A stretch of 59,586 bases of DNA from Bacteroidales bacterium (GTDB taxonomy: Bacteria; Bacteroidota; Bacteroidia; Bacteroidales; VadinHA17), in NCBI GenBank assembly GCA_041303295.1, contig JBFYPM010000083.1, forward strand, positions 1 to 59,586. Reading direction: 5' to 3'. Both the position numbers and the translations under genes were made by a program. Positions within the stretch are counted from its first letter, which is position 1, and each line of letters opens with the position of its first letter. The notes below the pieces were generated by a model that worked only from the letters and a program-made list of their open reading frames with translations, was not told the origin of the DNA and made no database searches. Shown here piece by piece: positions 47,324-57,307 of the stretch.

Positions 47324-47821
47324 ATGGCAAAAATTACACTTAAAGGCAACCCGGTGAATACCTCCGGTGAGCTACCCGCAAAAGGCAGCAAGGCTCCCGG
47401 GTTCAGGCTTGTGAAATCAGACCTCGGGGAACTCACCCTTGAAGATCTGAAAGGAAAGAAAGTAATCCTTAATATCTCACCCAGCCTCGACACCGGGATA
47501 TGTGCCACAGCACTCCGCAAGTTTAACCAGATGGCAGCAGGAATGGACAACACCGTTGTCCTGGCAATTACAAAGGACCTCCCCTTTGCAATGGGACGTT
47601 TCTGTTCAACCGAGGGTATCTCCAATGTGACAACCCTGTCAGGTTTCCGTGATCACTCCTTCGGGAAGGACTACGGAATTGAAGTGGTTGACGGCGGGTT
47701 TACCGGACTCTATGCAAGGAGTATTGTTGTGATTGACGAGAAGGGTATCGTTAAATATACCCAGCTGGTCCCGGAGATCGCACAGGAGCCTGATTATGAC
47801 CGCGCTATTGCTGCACTCTGA
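47324..47821 (+). CDS. tpx: thiol peroxidase
   Basis: 165 aa. Motifs seen are LKGNPVNTSGELPAKGSKAPGF, SPSLDTGICA (peroxidatic Cys) and FCSTEG (resolving Cys). Confidence 0.9.
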   Translation: MAKITLKGNPVNTSGELPAKGSKAPGFRLVKSDLGELTLEDLKGKKVILNISPSLDTGICATALRKFNQMAAGMDNTVVLAITKDLPFAMGRFCSTEGISNVTTLSGFRDHSFGKDYGIEVVDGGFTGLYARSIVVIDEKGIVKYTQLVPEIAQEPDYDRAIAAL

Positions 47822-47879
47822 TCAGGGTCTTTCTCTTTGATTTTTTATTACTTTTGCTCTCCGGCAGCGGCAGGGAGAG

Positions 47880-49007
47880 ATGAATTTTTCACAGATACCA
47901 GGGCAAAAAGCAGTAATTGACAGGCTGAGAAGTTCCGTAGCAGAGAACCGCGTCAGCCATGCACTGCTTTTCTACGGGCCCGAGGGGAGTGGTAAGTTTG
48001 CCATCGCCCTGGCCTTTGCCCGCTATATAAGCTGCGAGAAACGCACTCCTGAGGATGCATGTGGCGTATGCCCATCATGTGTCAAATATGATAAGCTCAT
48101 TCATCCCGACCTGCACTTTGTTTTTCCGGTTATTAAGAAGAAATCCGGCACCGAATCGGTGAGTGACACCTTTATTGCACAGTGGAGAGCAATGGTTCTC
48201 AGATCACCCTGGTTCTCACTGAGCACCTGGACCGAAGCGATGGAGGTAGCAAATGAACAGGCGCTTATTCCTGTTGCCGAGGCCTCTGAGATCATTCGGA
48301 AGCTGAGTCTGAAGTCGTTCGAATCCGACTTCAAGATCATGATCATCTGGCTCCCCGAGAAGATGAACGCTGAGACGGCGAACAAGCTTCTGAAGATGAT
48401 AGAAGAGCCGCCGGCAAGGACACTTTTCATCCTTGTCTCCGAAGAGGATGACAAGCTTTTACCCACAATCACATCACGCTGCCAGCATATCCGTATTCCG
48501 GCAATCTCATCCGTAGACCTGGGTACCCACCTTGTGAAGACTGCAGGCATGGACCCTGTCCGGGCCTCAGAGATAGCGGCCATAGCTAACGGAAACATGG
48601 TAAGGGCTATGGAACTGGCCAGGGAAGATGACAACACAACCGTACACCTCGACCGCTTTACGCTACTGATGCGTACAGCTTATACCCGTGACATACTATC
48701 CCTTGTGACATGGTCTGAAGATACTGCAGCCCTCGGGAGGGAGAGACAGAAGAGCTTCATCTCCTATGCCCTTAGGATGATACGCGAGAACTTCATACTG
48801 AACTTCAGCGGAAAAGAAAACAGGCTTGTTTACCTTACAGAACCTGAAGACAACTTCTCCACAAAGTTCCATCCCTTCATAAATGAAAAGAACATCCATG
48901 CCCTTAACAGGGAGTTCAACCTTGCCTACGCACACGTTGAAAGCAACGGCAATACGAAAATGATTTTCCTCGATCTGGCGCTCAAGACAATGCGACTTAT
49001 CAGGTAA
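47880..49007 (+). CDS. holB: DNA polymerase III subunit delta-prime
   Basis: 375 aa. Motifs seen are SHALLFYGPEGSGK, a Zn module (C..C..CPSC), NKLLKMIEEPP and TITSRCQ. Confidence 0.85.
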   Translation: MNFSQIPGQKAVIDRLRSSVAENRVSHALLFYGPEGSGKFAIALAFARYISCEKRTPEDACGVCPSCVKYDKLIHPDLHFVFPVIKKKSGTESVSDTFIAQWRAMVLRSPWFSLSTWTEAMEVANEQALIPVAEASEIIRKLSLKSFESDFKIMIIWLPEKMNAETANKLLKMIEEPPARTLFILVSEEDDKLLPTITSRCQHIRIPAISSVDLGTHLVKTAGMDPVRASEIAAIANGNMVRAMELAREDDNTTVHLDRFTLLMRTAYTRDILSLVTWSEDTAALGRERQKSFISYALRMIRENFILNFSGKENRLVYLTEPEDNFSTKFHPFINEKNIHALNREFNLAYAHVESNGNTKMIFLDLALKTMRLIR

Positions 49008-49110
49008 CATGGGGAATCGCTTGAAAATAGCGCATTTATTCCTAATTTTGCATTCACCTTCCGGGATATGGATCCTTGTATCCGGCAGCCGGGAGAGATA
49101 ACCTGACGTC

Positions 49111-50253
49111 ATGACAAACGAAGATATACAGGTACCCGGAGGCGAAGAGTCTCCACTGCCTGAAATAAAATACAACATCGGGGCAAACAAGCTGAATGAG
49201 TACAACTGGCTTGCCGACCTTCCCTATGATGAACGTTGCAACCAGATAGTTGAGGTCAGGTTCAAAAACACACGCAAGGGCTTTTACCGCAATGTAAACG
49301 GTCTCAGGCTTGAGGTTGACGATATAGTTGCCGTGGAGGCCTCTCCGGGCCATGACATCGGTCACGTATCAATGACCGGATTCCTTGTCATGGAACAGCT
49401 TAAAAAGATGAAGATAAGACCTGTCATCGACGAGATGAAGAAGGTTTACAGGAAGGCCAGGCCGGTCGATCTTCAGAAGTGGGAGGAGGCTAAGAAGCTT
49501 GAAGATCACACCATGCTCAGGTCACGCAAAATAGCCGAGAACCTGGGGCTGGCAATGAAGATAGGCGACGTTGAGTACCAGGGTGACAAGACCAAGGCCA
49601 TATTTTACTACCTGGCTGATGAGAGGGTCGACTTCCGCCAGCTGATAAAGGTGCTGGCCGAGGAGTTCCATATCAGGATTGAGATGAGGCAGATAGGAGC
49701 CCGTCAGGAGGCCGGCCGCATCGGTGGCATAGGCACCTGCGGCCGCGAGCTTTGCTGCTCAACCCATGTGACGAATTTCATGTCAGTGACCACCTCTCAC
49801 GCACGCTACCAGGACCTCTCACTCAACCCGCAGAAGCTGGCCGGACAGTGCGGCAAGCTGAAGTGCTGCCTGAACTATGAGCTTGACTGCTATATAGATG
49901 CCCAGAAAGAGTTCCCGTCACGGGAAGTCCCCCTGGAACTGGCAGGCGGCACAGCATACTTCATGAAGATGGAGGTACACACAGGCATTTACTGGTATTC
50001 CACAGACCAGCGCATGGCAGTGAACATGACGGCAGTGCCCGTGGCACGAGTACGTGAGATAATACAGCTCAACAGGAAAGGAGTTAAACCTGACAACCTG
50101 CTGGCAGTACCTGCAAACAATACCATCGGCAAGGGCAACGACCTGCTGCTGCAGAACAGCGGACTTACCCGGTTCGAAACAAAAAGCAACCCGCGTGAAG
50201 GCAGGGGCAGGAACAAACCATTCCCAAGACGAAATGAGAAAAAGAAAAAATAG
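49111..50253 (+). CDS. PSP1 domain protein (RicT/YaaT-like)
   Basis: 380 aa. It has Cys-rich CGRELCC and CGKLKCCLNYE motifs typical of the PSP1 C-terminal domain. The holB-PSP1-gldH order is common in Bacteroidota. Confidence 0.8.
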   Translation: MTNEDIQVPGGEESPLPEIKYNIGANKLNEYNWLADLPYDERCNQIVEVRFKNTRKGFYRNVNGLRLEVDDIVAVEASPGHDIGHVSMTGFLVMEQLKKMKIRPVIDEMKKVYRKARPVDLQKWEEAKKLEDHTMLRSRKIAENLGLAMKIGDVEYQGDKTKAIFYYLADERVDFRQLIKVLAEEFHIRIEMRQIGARQEAGRIGGIGTCGRELCCSTHVTNFMSVTTSHARYQDLSLNPQKLAGQCGKLKCCLNYELDCYIDAQKEFPSREVPLELAGGTAYFMKMEVHTGIYWYSTDQRMAVNMTAVPVARVREIIQLNRKGVKPDNLLAVPANNTIGKGNDLLLQNSGLTRFETKSNPREGRGRNKPFPRRNEKKKK

Positions 50254-50722
50254 CTTACTCATTGCCGGCATGCTGCTGGCAGTCATCACTCTCTCATGTG
50301 ACAGAAGCACCCTCTTCTCCGGCAACTACAAGCTTGAAGACAAGCAGTGGAGCATGTATGACCCTGCAAGATACTCCTTCACTGTCGGGGATACCCTAAG
50401 CAGCTATAATATCGCACTCTCAGTGCGAACCTCAACTGATTACCCGTACCGGAACCTTTACCTCTTTGTGGTGACGGCATTCCCTTCAGGCACCACTGTC
50501 ACAGACACCATCCATGCTATGGTAGCCGATGAAAAGGGAAAATGGATGGGAAGAGGCGCAGGCGACCTGAGGGAGCTTACAATACCTTATAAATCAAATG
50601 TATATTTCCCTGAAAAAGGCGAATATCATATCCGGGTGGTACACGGTATGAGAGATACCATACTTAAGGGAGTGTATGACATGGGCATTAAAGTATCCCT
50701 GAAAGAGAGTCAGGGCAAATAA
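50234..50722 (+). CDS. gldH: gliding-motility / T9SS-associated lipoprotein GldH
   Basis: It has the lipobox VITLSC plus YRNLYLFV, DEKGKWMGRG and GVYDMGIKV, which match my recollection of GldH. The position after PSP1 is conserved. The ORF opens at 50195. Confidence 0.6.
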   Translation: MRKRKNSLLIAGMLLAVITLSCDRSTLFSGNYKLEDKQWSMYDPARYSFTVGDTLSSYNIALSVRTSTDYPYRNLYLFVVTAFPSGTTVTDTIHAMVADEKGKWMGRGAGDLRELTIPYKSNVYFPEKGEYHIRVVHGMRDTILKGVYDMGIKVSLKESQGK

Positions 50723-50730
50723 GAGGAGCG

Positions 50731-51429
50731 TTGGGAAAGAACAAGCTGGCGCGGTGGTCTGAACTGAAAAGCTTCGACCATGTGATTGAGCCCTCATTTG
50801 AAGAGTCCTTCAGGCAGGATCACCCGCTGAAGGGTAATTGGCACAGTGACTGGTTCGGGAATAACCATCCCATAATACTTGAACTGGGCTGCGGCAAAGG
50901 CGAATATACAGTCGGCCTTGCCGCCGGGTATCCCGGAAAAAACTTCATCGGAATAGACATAAAGGGCGCAAGGATGTGGAGGGGAGCAAAGGATTCACAC
51001 CTGAGAAAACTGCCTAATGCCAGCTTCCTCCGGACACGCATTGAGTTCACCGGATCATTCTTTGCTCCCGGGGAGATCGATGAGATATGGCTTACCTTCC
51101 CTGATCCCCAGCCAAAGAGAAGGAGAGAGAAAAAACGGCTCCCGGCACCCTTTTTCCTGAACCTCTACAGGTGCTACCTGAAGGACAACGGCATCATCCA
51201 CCTTAAGACTGACTGCAGAGAGCTTTATGACTATACCCTCTCGGTGGTGCATGCCAACAACCTTGAGATAATTACATCAGTAACCGACCTCTATGCAGAG
51301 CTGCCCGGTGACCCGATGCTGTCAATCAGAACACATTATGAGGAGCTCTTCCTGAAAAAGGGAATCCCTATCACTTACCTTTCATTCAGACTTCCTGATG
51401 CCAAAGAGATCATCAGTCCCATCGGCTGA
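50731..51429 (+). CDS. trmB: tRNA (guanine46-N7)-methyltransferase
   Basis: 232 aa. Motifs seen are ILELGCGKGEYT, FPDPQPKRR and LKTD. The start is TTG; MGKNKLARW is the family-typical N-terminus. Confidence 0.85.
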   Translation: MGKNKLARWSELKSFDHVIEPSFEESFRQDHPLKGNWHSDWFGNNHPIILELGCGKGEYTVGLAAGYPGKNFIGIDIKGARMWRGAKDSHLRKLPNASFLRTRIEFTGSFFAPGEIDEIWLTFPDPQPKRRREKKRLPAPFFLNLYRCYLKDNGIIHLKTDCRELYDYTLSVVHANNLEIITSVTDLYAELPGDPMLSIRTHYEELFLKKGIPITYLSFRLPDAKEIISPIG

Positions 51430-51757
51430 AAACGATGGCTTTTTCAGCCGGGTCTACGAAGTGGCGCGCCTGATACCCCGTGGCCGTATTACATCATACG
51501 GCGCTATAGGGAGATATCTCGGCACCGGCGGTTCTGCAAGAATGGTAGGCTGGGCATTGAACTCTTCACATACGTTGCCGGGGTACGTTCCTGCCCATCG
51601 CGTTGTTAACCGTAACGGGATGCTGACCGGTAAACATCATTTCGGCAATTCGTCTACTATGCAGCAACTACTTGAAAACGAGGGATTCACAGTAACAGAT
51701 GATATTGTAGTGGAGTTCAGGGAGAGATTCTGGGATCCGGCCATTGAACTCCGGTAA
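51398..51757 (+). CDS. MGMT-family DNA-binding domain protein lacking the acceptor Cys (alkyltransferase-like)
   Basis: 119 aa. It has IPRGRITSYGAIG, and VPAHRVV stands in place of the PCHRV active site. It overlaps trmB by 32 nt. Confidence 0.7.
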   Translation: MPKRSSVPSAENDGFFSRVYEVARLIPRGRITSYGAIGRYLGTGGSARMVGWALNSSHTLPGYVPAHRVVNRNGMLTGKHHFGNSSTMQQLLENEGFTVTDDIVVEFRERFWDPAIELR

Positions 51758-51858
51758 GCCTGAGGTGTTAATCAAAGTATAATCTATATATAACAAGCAT
51801 GCAGTCAGCAGCCTGCAATCAAATTCGAGAATCGCAAATAGCAAATCCTTAAGATATT

Positions 51859-52959
51859 ATGTACAAAAAAGAAGACATTTTAAAAGCCCTGAGGATGGTT
51901 TCCCATCCTGAAAAGGGCAGTGACATCGTCACCCTCGGGATGGTTGGCGATATTTCCGTCACGGCAGATGGAATAACCTTAGTGCTTGTTCCGGAGAAGT
52001 CAAATGACCCCTTCCTCACCTCAATCAAGAGCAACTGTGTAAGGGCCGTCAAGGAGGTACTGGGACCCGATGCGGTCATCACATCGATAGAGGTAAAACC
52101 AAGGATCGTGGTTGAAAAAATGACCACCCCAAAAAGGGATGTCCTCCCCGGGGTGAAAAACATCATCGCAGTCTCCTCGGGCAAGGGAGGAGTCGGTAAA
52201 TCGACCGTCGCCGTCAACCTTGCGGTGGCCATGGCACGCAAGGGCTATGCGGTAGGCCTACTTGATGCTGACATCTTCGGGCCCTCGGTACCAAAAATGT
52301 TCGATGCTGAATCCTACCGTCCCGACGTACGCAAGGAGGGCGGCAATGACCTCATCATCCCCATGACCAAATATGGCGTCAGGATACTCTCAATCGGTTT
52401 CTTTGTCAAAGGCACTGATGCGGTCATCTGGCGCGGCCCCATGGCAAGCAGCTTCCTGAAACAGCTGATCACGCAGGGCGACTGGGGTGAGCTTGATTAC
52501 CTGATCTTCGACCTGCCTCCCGGGACAAGCGACATACACCTCACTCTTGTTCAGGAAGTGCCCGTCACAGGAGCAATTGTCGTGACGACACCACAGGAGG
52601 TAGCCCTTGCCGATGCCCGCAAAGGAATAGCAATGTTCCGCAGCGAAGCCATTAACGTTCCGGTACTCGGCCTGGTTGAAAACATGTCGTTCTTCGTTGC
52701 TCCCGAACTGCCAGGCAAAAGGTATTATATCTTCGGCAAGGAGGGCGGCAGCAGGCTGGCAGCTGAAACAGGCACAGACCTGCTTGGGCAGATACCCATA
52801 GTTGAGAGCATCTGCGATGGCGGTGACAGAGGCACACCGGCAGCGCTGAACGACACTGAGACAGGACTTGCTTTCATTGCACTGGCTGAGTCTGTCGTAA
52901 GGCATGTTGAGAAGCGCAACGCTGAGATGGAACCCACCCGGAAAGTGGAGATGAAGTGA
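51859..52959 (+). CDS. apbC: Mrp/NBP35 family Fe-S cluster carrier ATPase
   Basis: 366 aa. It has an N-terminal DUF59-like domain, the deviant Walker A SGKGGVGKST, and DLPPGTSD. Confidence 0.85.
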   Translation: MYKKEDILKALRMVSHPEKGSDIVTLGMVGDISVTADGITLVLVPEKSNDPFLTSIKSNCVRAVKEVLGPDAVITSIEVKPRIVVEKMTTPKRDVLPGVKNIIAVSSGKGGVGKSTVAVNLAVAMARKGYAVGLLDADIFGPSVPKMFDAESYRPDVRKEGGNDLIIPMTKYGVRILSIGFFVKGTDAVIWRGPMASSFLKQLITQGDWGELDYLIFDLPPGTSDIHLTLVQEVPVTGAIVVTTPQEVALADARKGIAMFRSEAINVPVLGLVENMSFFVAPELPGKRYYIFGKEGGSRLAAETGTDLLGQIPIVESICDGGDRGTPAALNDTETGLAFIALAESVVRHVEKRNAEMEPTRKVEMK

Positions 52960-53063
52960 GCCTGCTGCCGTCCCGGCTGCATTAACCCCTTTTTGTCCTC
53001 TTTTTAGTAACTTTGAATACTATTGGTGCGCCTGTTCAGTTATAGAGTATAAAGCCTCATTAT

Positions 53064-55721
53064 TTGAGATTACGGCATAAAGAATACTTTGCAGCGGTGA
53101 TCATCATTTTCACCCTGGTTCTTGCCGGTTGTTCTGTTGAAAAGAACACCGGCGCCAGCCGTTTCTATAACTCACTGATCTCAAAATACAATATCTGGTT
53201 CAACGGCAACGAAGCCTACAAGTCGGGGGTGGATAAGGTAAAATCATCGCACCGTGATGATTACAGCACCCTCATCCCTGTCTTTGAATATTCATCCGCC
53301 GAATCGGTAAGGGCAGCCTCTGCGGATATGGAACGGGCAGTACAGAAGGCCTCCAAGGTGATAGCCCTGCACTCCATCACTGCCAGACCCGATGAGAAGG
53401 GCCGAAGGGGAGATAATTCGCGGAGCGATGAGTTCTACAACAGGCGAGAGTATAACGAATGGGTGGATGACGCTTATATACTCATGGCCAAGGCTCAGTT
53501 CTACCAGAAAAATTTCATGGCAGCCAGGTCATCCTTCGCCTACGCTGTCAGTATTGCCACGGACCCTGACCTCGTTACCGAGGCAGCCATATGGATGGTT
53601 CGAATACAGACCGAGGAGGGGAATAATGCAGAGGCCTCACGGCTGCTTCAGGAGATCGGCGAACCGGATAATCTGCCGAAGACACTGATGTCAATGTACT
53701 TCTCCACCCAGGCTGACATAGCCCTCCGCCAGAAACGGTTCGGTGATGCCGTCATCCCCCTCACAAAAGCAGTCGACTTCACCGGAGACAAGAACACGAA
53801 GGTTCGCCTAACATACCTCCTTGCACAGGTATGCAGGGAGGCAGGAGACAATAATCTCTCCACCCGGTATTTCAGCCAGGTGATCAGGATGAATCCCTCA
53901 TACGAACTGGAATTCAATGCGGGCATCAATCTTGCCGGAGTGACGGACATATCGCATGGCGACGCTGATGATCTCATGAAATCGCTACGCAGGATGCTTC
54001 GTGACTCCAAGAACAAAGATTACCTTGACCAGATCTACTTTGCCCTCGGTGAGCTTGAAAAAAGGATGGGCAACACCGGGGAGGCCTTGAAACTCTGGTC
54101 CCAGTCAGCTGCCAGCAGCACGGTGAACAGCCGCCAGAAGGCGCGTTCATACCTGGCCCTTGGCGGTCACTACTTTGCGCAGCCTGAGTATATGAAAGCA
54201 TCGCTCTATTATGACAGTGCCACCTACCTGATTGATGATAAGTTCCCTGGTTATGACCTCATAAGCCGCAGGGCTTCGGACCTGGGTGAGTATGCCGGTT
54301 TCCACAGTGTGGTTATCACAGAAGACAGCCTCCGCAGGGTGGCCGGAATGAGTGCCGCTGAACGTGACGCACTGATTGCCGGCATCATCCGCACGGTGGA
54401 GGAGGCCCAAACCCAGGCCCGGAGCACGGAGGGAAGTGACAGGTACAACATGGGGCAATACTATGAGAACGAACAGCGCTCCCGCGGAGCCATCTCGGCC
54501 GAAGGAGGATGGTACTTTTACAATCAGTCGGCCCTCACCTTCGGCCGTACCGAGTTCAGACGACGCTGGGGCGACAGGAGACTCGAAGACAACTGGCGCA
54601 GGGCGAACAAAGCCCGCGCAGCCTTCAGCAACGGCTCACCCTCGGAGAACGGGGAGGAGAAGGAACAGCCCGATAGCGGCGGGGTGGCAACTGACAGGAC
54701 CAAAGAGCACTACCTCCGCAACCTGCCGCTGACAGACTCACTGATGAGCCTCTCCATAGCCAGGAGCGCAGAAGCACTGCTGGGTGAAGGAAAAATTCTT
54801 GCAACACGCCTTGCCGACACCCTGGCTGCTGCCAGCTCATTTGAAGAGGCCGCACGGACAGGCAATGATGACAATATAAGGGCAGAGGCACTATATGAGC
54901 TCTACCGCCTGCTTCGTATCACAGACCCGCCACGGGCCGAGAGACGCCGGGCTGAACTGCTGGCCTCATTCCCCATGTCGGAATACGCCCTCATCCTCTC
55001 TGACCCCGACTATGTAAGGAAGCACCAGGAGATGGCTGACAGGGCCGTCAGGAACTACAATGACGCATACACCGCCTTCGCTGAGGAGAGATATGCAGAC
55101 ACCCGGACCATCTGCACCGGGGCAATCAGCCTCTTCCAGGGCGATGAGCTTCTTCCCAAATTCATGCTGCTTGATGCTATGGCTGCCGGAGCCCTGTCAG
55201 GTGAGATAGCATACAAGGAGAGGCTTGACTCACTCGTTGCAAGGTTCCCAAATACTGCAGAGGGCAAGAGAGCCGCCGAGATAAACGAATTCCTGAGGAG
55301 AGAGATACCCGCTATAAAAATAGCCGAGGATACACGCATTGCTGCAGAACTCTATGTTGCCGACACGCTCCAACCCCATTATGTAATTATCATTGCCGGG
55401 AACTTCCAGGCAAACATGAACCAGATTGTCTTTGACATAATCAACTACAACCTTGACAACTACGCCGACAAGAACTACCGCACCGAGGGCACGGCTGTTG
55501 ACAGAGGTTATATCCTGATAACAACCGGACCATTTGAGAACGCCCGGGAAGCCTCAGCCTGGCTCAGCGCATTCAACCCAGCTGAGACAGTCAGGGAAGC
55601 GTCTACCGCTGCTCTGTCAGCCTGGCTAATTAACCGCGATAACCTGGCAAAATTCAGGGAAGACAAGGATATTGACAGGTACAATATTTTCTACGGGAAA
55701 GAGTATAAAACTACCAGGTGA
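53064..55721 (+). CDS. large TPR lipoprotein, PorW/SprE-like (T9SS)
   Basis: 885 aa. The TTG start gives MRLRHKEYFAAVIIIFTLVLAGCS (lipobox). KNTGASRFYNSLISKYNIWFNG resembles the SprE/PorW N-terminus, and TPR-like helices follow. The assignment is from memory. Confidence 0.5.
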   Translation: MRLRHKEYFAAVIIIFTLVLAGCSVEKNTGASRFYNSLISKYNIWFNGNEAYKSGVDKVKSSHRDDYSTLIPVFEYSSAESVRAASADMERAVQKASKVIALHSITARPDEKGRRGDNSRSDEFYNRREYNEWVDDAYILMAKAQFYQKNFMAARSSFAYAVSIATDPDLVTEAAIWMVRIQTEEGNNAEASRLLQEIGEPDNLPKTLMSMYFSTQADIALRQKRFGDAVIPLTKAVDFTGDKNTKVRLTYLLAQVCREAGDNNLSTRYFSQVIRMNPSYELEFNAGINLAGVTDISHGDADDLMKSLRRMLRDSKNKDYLDQIYFALGELEKRMGNTGEALKLWSQSAASSTVNSRQKARSYLALGGHYFAQPEYMKASLYYDSATYLIDDKFPGYDLISRRASDLGEYAGFHSVVITEDSLRRVAGMSAAERDALIAGIIRTVEEAQTQARSTEGSDRYNMGQYYENEQRSRGAISAEGGWYFYNQSALTFGRTEFRRRWGDRRLEDNWRRANKARAAFSNGSPSENGEEKEQPDSGGVATDRTKEHYLRNLPLTDSLMSLSIARSAEALLGEGKILATRLADTLAAASSFEEAARTGNDDNIRAEALYELYRLLRITDPPRAERRRAELLASFPMSEYALILSDPDYVRKHQEMADRAVRNYNDAYTAFAEERYADTRTICTGAISLFQGDELLPKFMLLDAMAAGALSGEIAYKERLDSLVARFPNTAEGKRAAEINEFLRREIPAIKIAEDTRIAAELYVADTLQPHYVIIIAGNFQANMNQIVFDIINYNLDNYADKNYRTEGTAVDRGYILITTGPFENAREASAWLSAFNPAETVREASTAALSAWLINRDNLAKFREDKDIDRYNIFYGKEYKTTR

Positions 55722-55736
55722 GTTACTGAGGGACAT

Positions 55737-57290
55737 ATGAGACAGATCAGGATTTTGTGGGTCGATGATGAAGTGGGAGTGCTCAGGTCGCATATCCTCT
55801 ATCTTAAGGAAAAGGGATTCGAGACCGACACATGCCAGGCCGGCAATGATGCTATCAACATGGTCAGGGAAAAAGCCTATGACATCATCTTCCTTGATGA
55901 GTACATGCCCGGCCTCAGCGGCATAGAGACCCTCCGGCGCATCAAGGCCATCAGGCCCTCCATCCCTGTTGTAATGATCACCAAGAGCGAGGAGGAGGAT
56001 ATTATGGATGCAGCCATAGGCTCCCAGATAGCCGATTACCTTATCAAGCCCGTAAAGCCGCAACAAATACTGCTTTCCCTCAAACGCATACTGGATATAG
56101 GGGATATCGTCACACGCCAGACCACCTCCGTATTCAGGGAAGAGTTCGGATCAATAACCGACATGATCTCATCAGCCTCCACCTTCGAACAATGGAGCGA
56201 CCTTTACCGGAAGCTCGCCTTCTGGCAGGGAGAGTTGATTAGGTCATCAGACACCGGTATGAGGGAGGTATTGCGGATGCAGGATTCAGATGCCAACAGG
56301 GCTTTTGGCAAGTACATATCAAACAATTATATACGCTGGATCTCCACCGACGCATCCGACAGGCCGCTGATCTCCCCGGCGGTGATGTCAAAAAAGATCT
56401 TCCCCCTGATCAGGAAAGACGCACCGCTCTTCTTCATCGTTGTTGACAACATGCGCCTCGACCAGTGGCTGGCAATGGCCGGTGATCTGAGCCAGATAAT
56501 GCGGACCGTCTCCGAGGAACTTTACCTGAGCATACTGCCCACCACAACCCAGTACTCGCGAAATGCCCTCTTCGCCGGGCTCATGCCTGCTGCGATAGAT
56601 GAACTGATGCCTGAGTACTGGATCAACGAAAACGATGAGGAGGGAAAAAATATCAACGAGGAAAAGCTCCTCGGAAAAAACCTCCAGCGGGCCGGCATAA
56701 CATGTAAATGGAGTTACAACAAGATCAGTTCTGACGCCGATGGAAGAACTCTGAATGATAAAATTACCCAGCTCATTGCCAATGACCTGAATGTGGTGGT
56801 CTACAATTTTGTCGACATGCTCAGTCATGCCAGAACAGAGATAGGTCTGATCCGTGATATGACGGGTGATGAAGCCTCCTGGCTCTCACTTACACACTCA
56901 TGGTTCATTCACTCGCCCCTGCTGGAGCTTCTCAGGCTTGTATCGGCCAGGGGGGCACGAGTGGTAATCACAACAGACCACGGTTCGGTTAAAGTCCAGA
57001 AACCGGTGAGGGTCGTGGGCGACAGGCAGACGTCGGTGAACCTGCGGTACAAGACCGGCCGCAACCTTGATTATAATGCCCGTGACCTGTTTGAGATTAC
57101 CTCTCCCGGGAAGGTGGGCCTGCCGATGACAAACATCACCTCTAAGTACATCTTCGCCTGTGGCAATGACTTTCTCGTCTACCCGAACAACTATAACCAG
57201 ATTGTGTCATACTACCGTGATTCATTCCAGCACGGCGGCATTTCACTCTACGAGATGATGCTCCCCCTGATTACTCTGGAGCCGGTATAA
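55737..57290 (+). CDS. porX: REC + PglZ (alkaline-phosphatase superfamily) response regulator, PorX-like
   Basis: 517 aa. ILWVDDE, FLDEYMPGLSGIETL, PVVMITKSEEE and IADYLIKPV are followed by a PglZ-type domain. Length and architecture match PorX. Confidence 0.75.
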   Translation: MRQIRILWVDDEVGVLRSHILYLKEKGFETDTCQAGNDAINMVREKAYDIIFLDEYMPGLSGIETLRRIKAIRPSIPVVMITKSEEEDIMDAAIGSQIADYLIKPVKPQQILLSLKRILDIGDIVTRQTTSVFREEFGSITDMISSASTFEQWSDLYRKLAFWQGELIRSSDTGMREVLRMQDSDANRAFGKYISNNYIRWISTDASDRPLISPAVMSKKIFPLIRKDAPLFFIVVDNMRLDQWLAMAGDLSQIMRTVSEELYLSILPTTTQYSRNALFAGLMPAAIDELMPEYWINENDEEGKNINEEKLLGKNLQRAGITCKWSYNKISSDADGRTLNDKITQLIANDLNVVVYNFVDMLSHARTEIGLIRDMTGDEASWLSLTHSWFIHSPLLELLRLVSARGARVVITTDHGSVKVQKPVRVVGDRQTSVNLRYKTGRNLDYNARDLFEITSPGKVGLPMTNITSKYIFACGNDFLVYPNNYNQIVSYYRDSFQHGGISLYEMMLPLITLEPV

Positions 57291-57307
57291 TTCGCTATTT
57301 TTGCCGC

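Noticed and set aside
48101-48637. 178-aa minus-strand ORF (similar cases: 501-950, 52390-52905, 21126-21605, 28055-28531, 55626-56066)
   Set aside because: Each is antisense to a confidently identified gene (holB, tdh, mrp, hisG, trpB2, porW/porX). None carries a recognisable motif, so I treated them as shadow ORFs.
55737-57290. PglZ domain as a sign of a BREX-type phage defence system
   Set aside because: The PglZ domain is fused to an N-terminal receiver domain, and the length and motifs match PorX. No BREX partners (PglX methyltransferase, BrxC ATPase, BrxL) are nearby.
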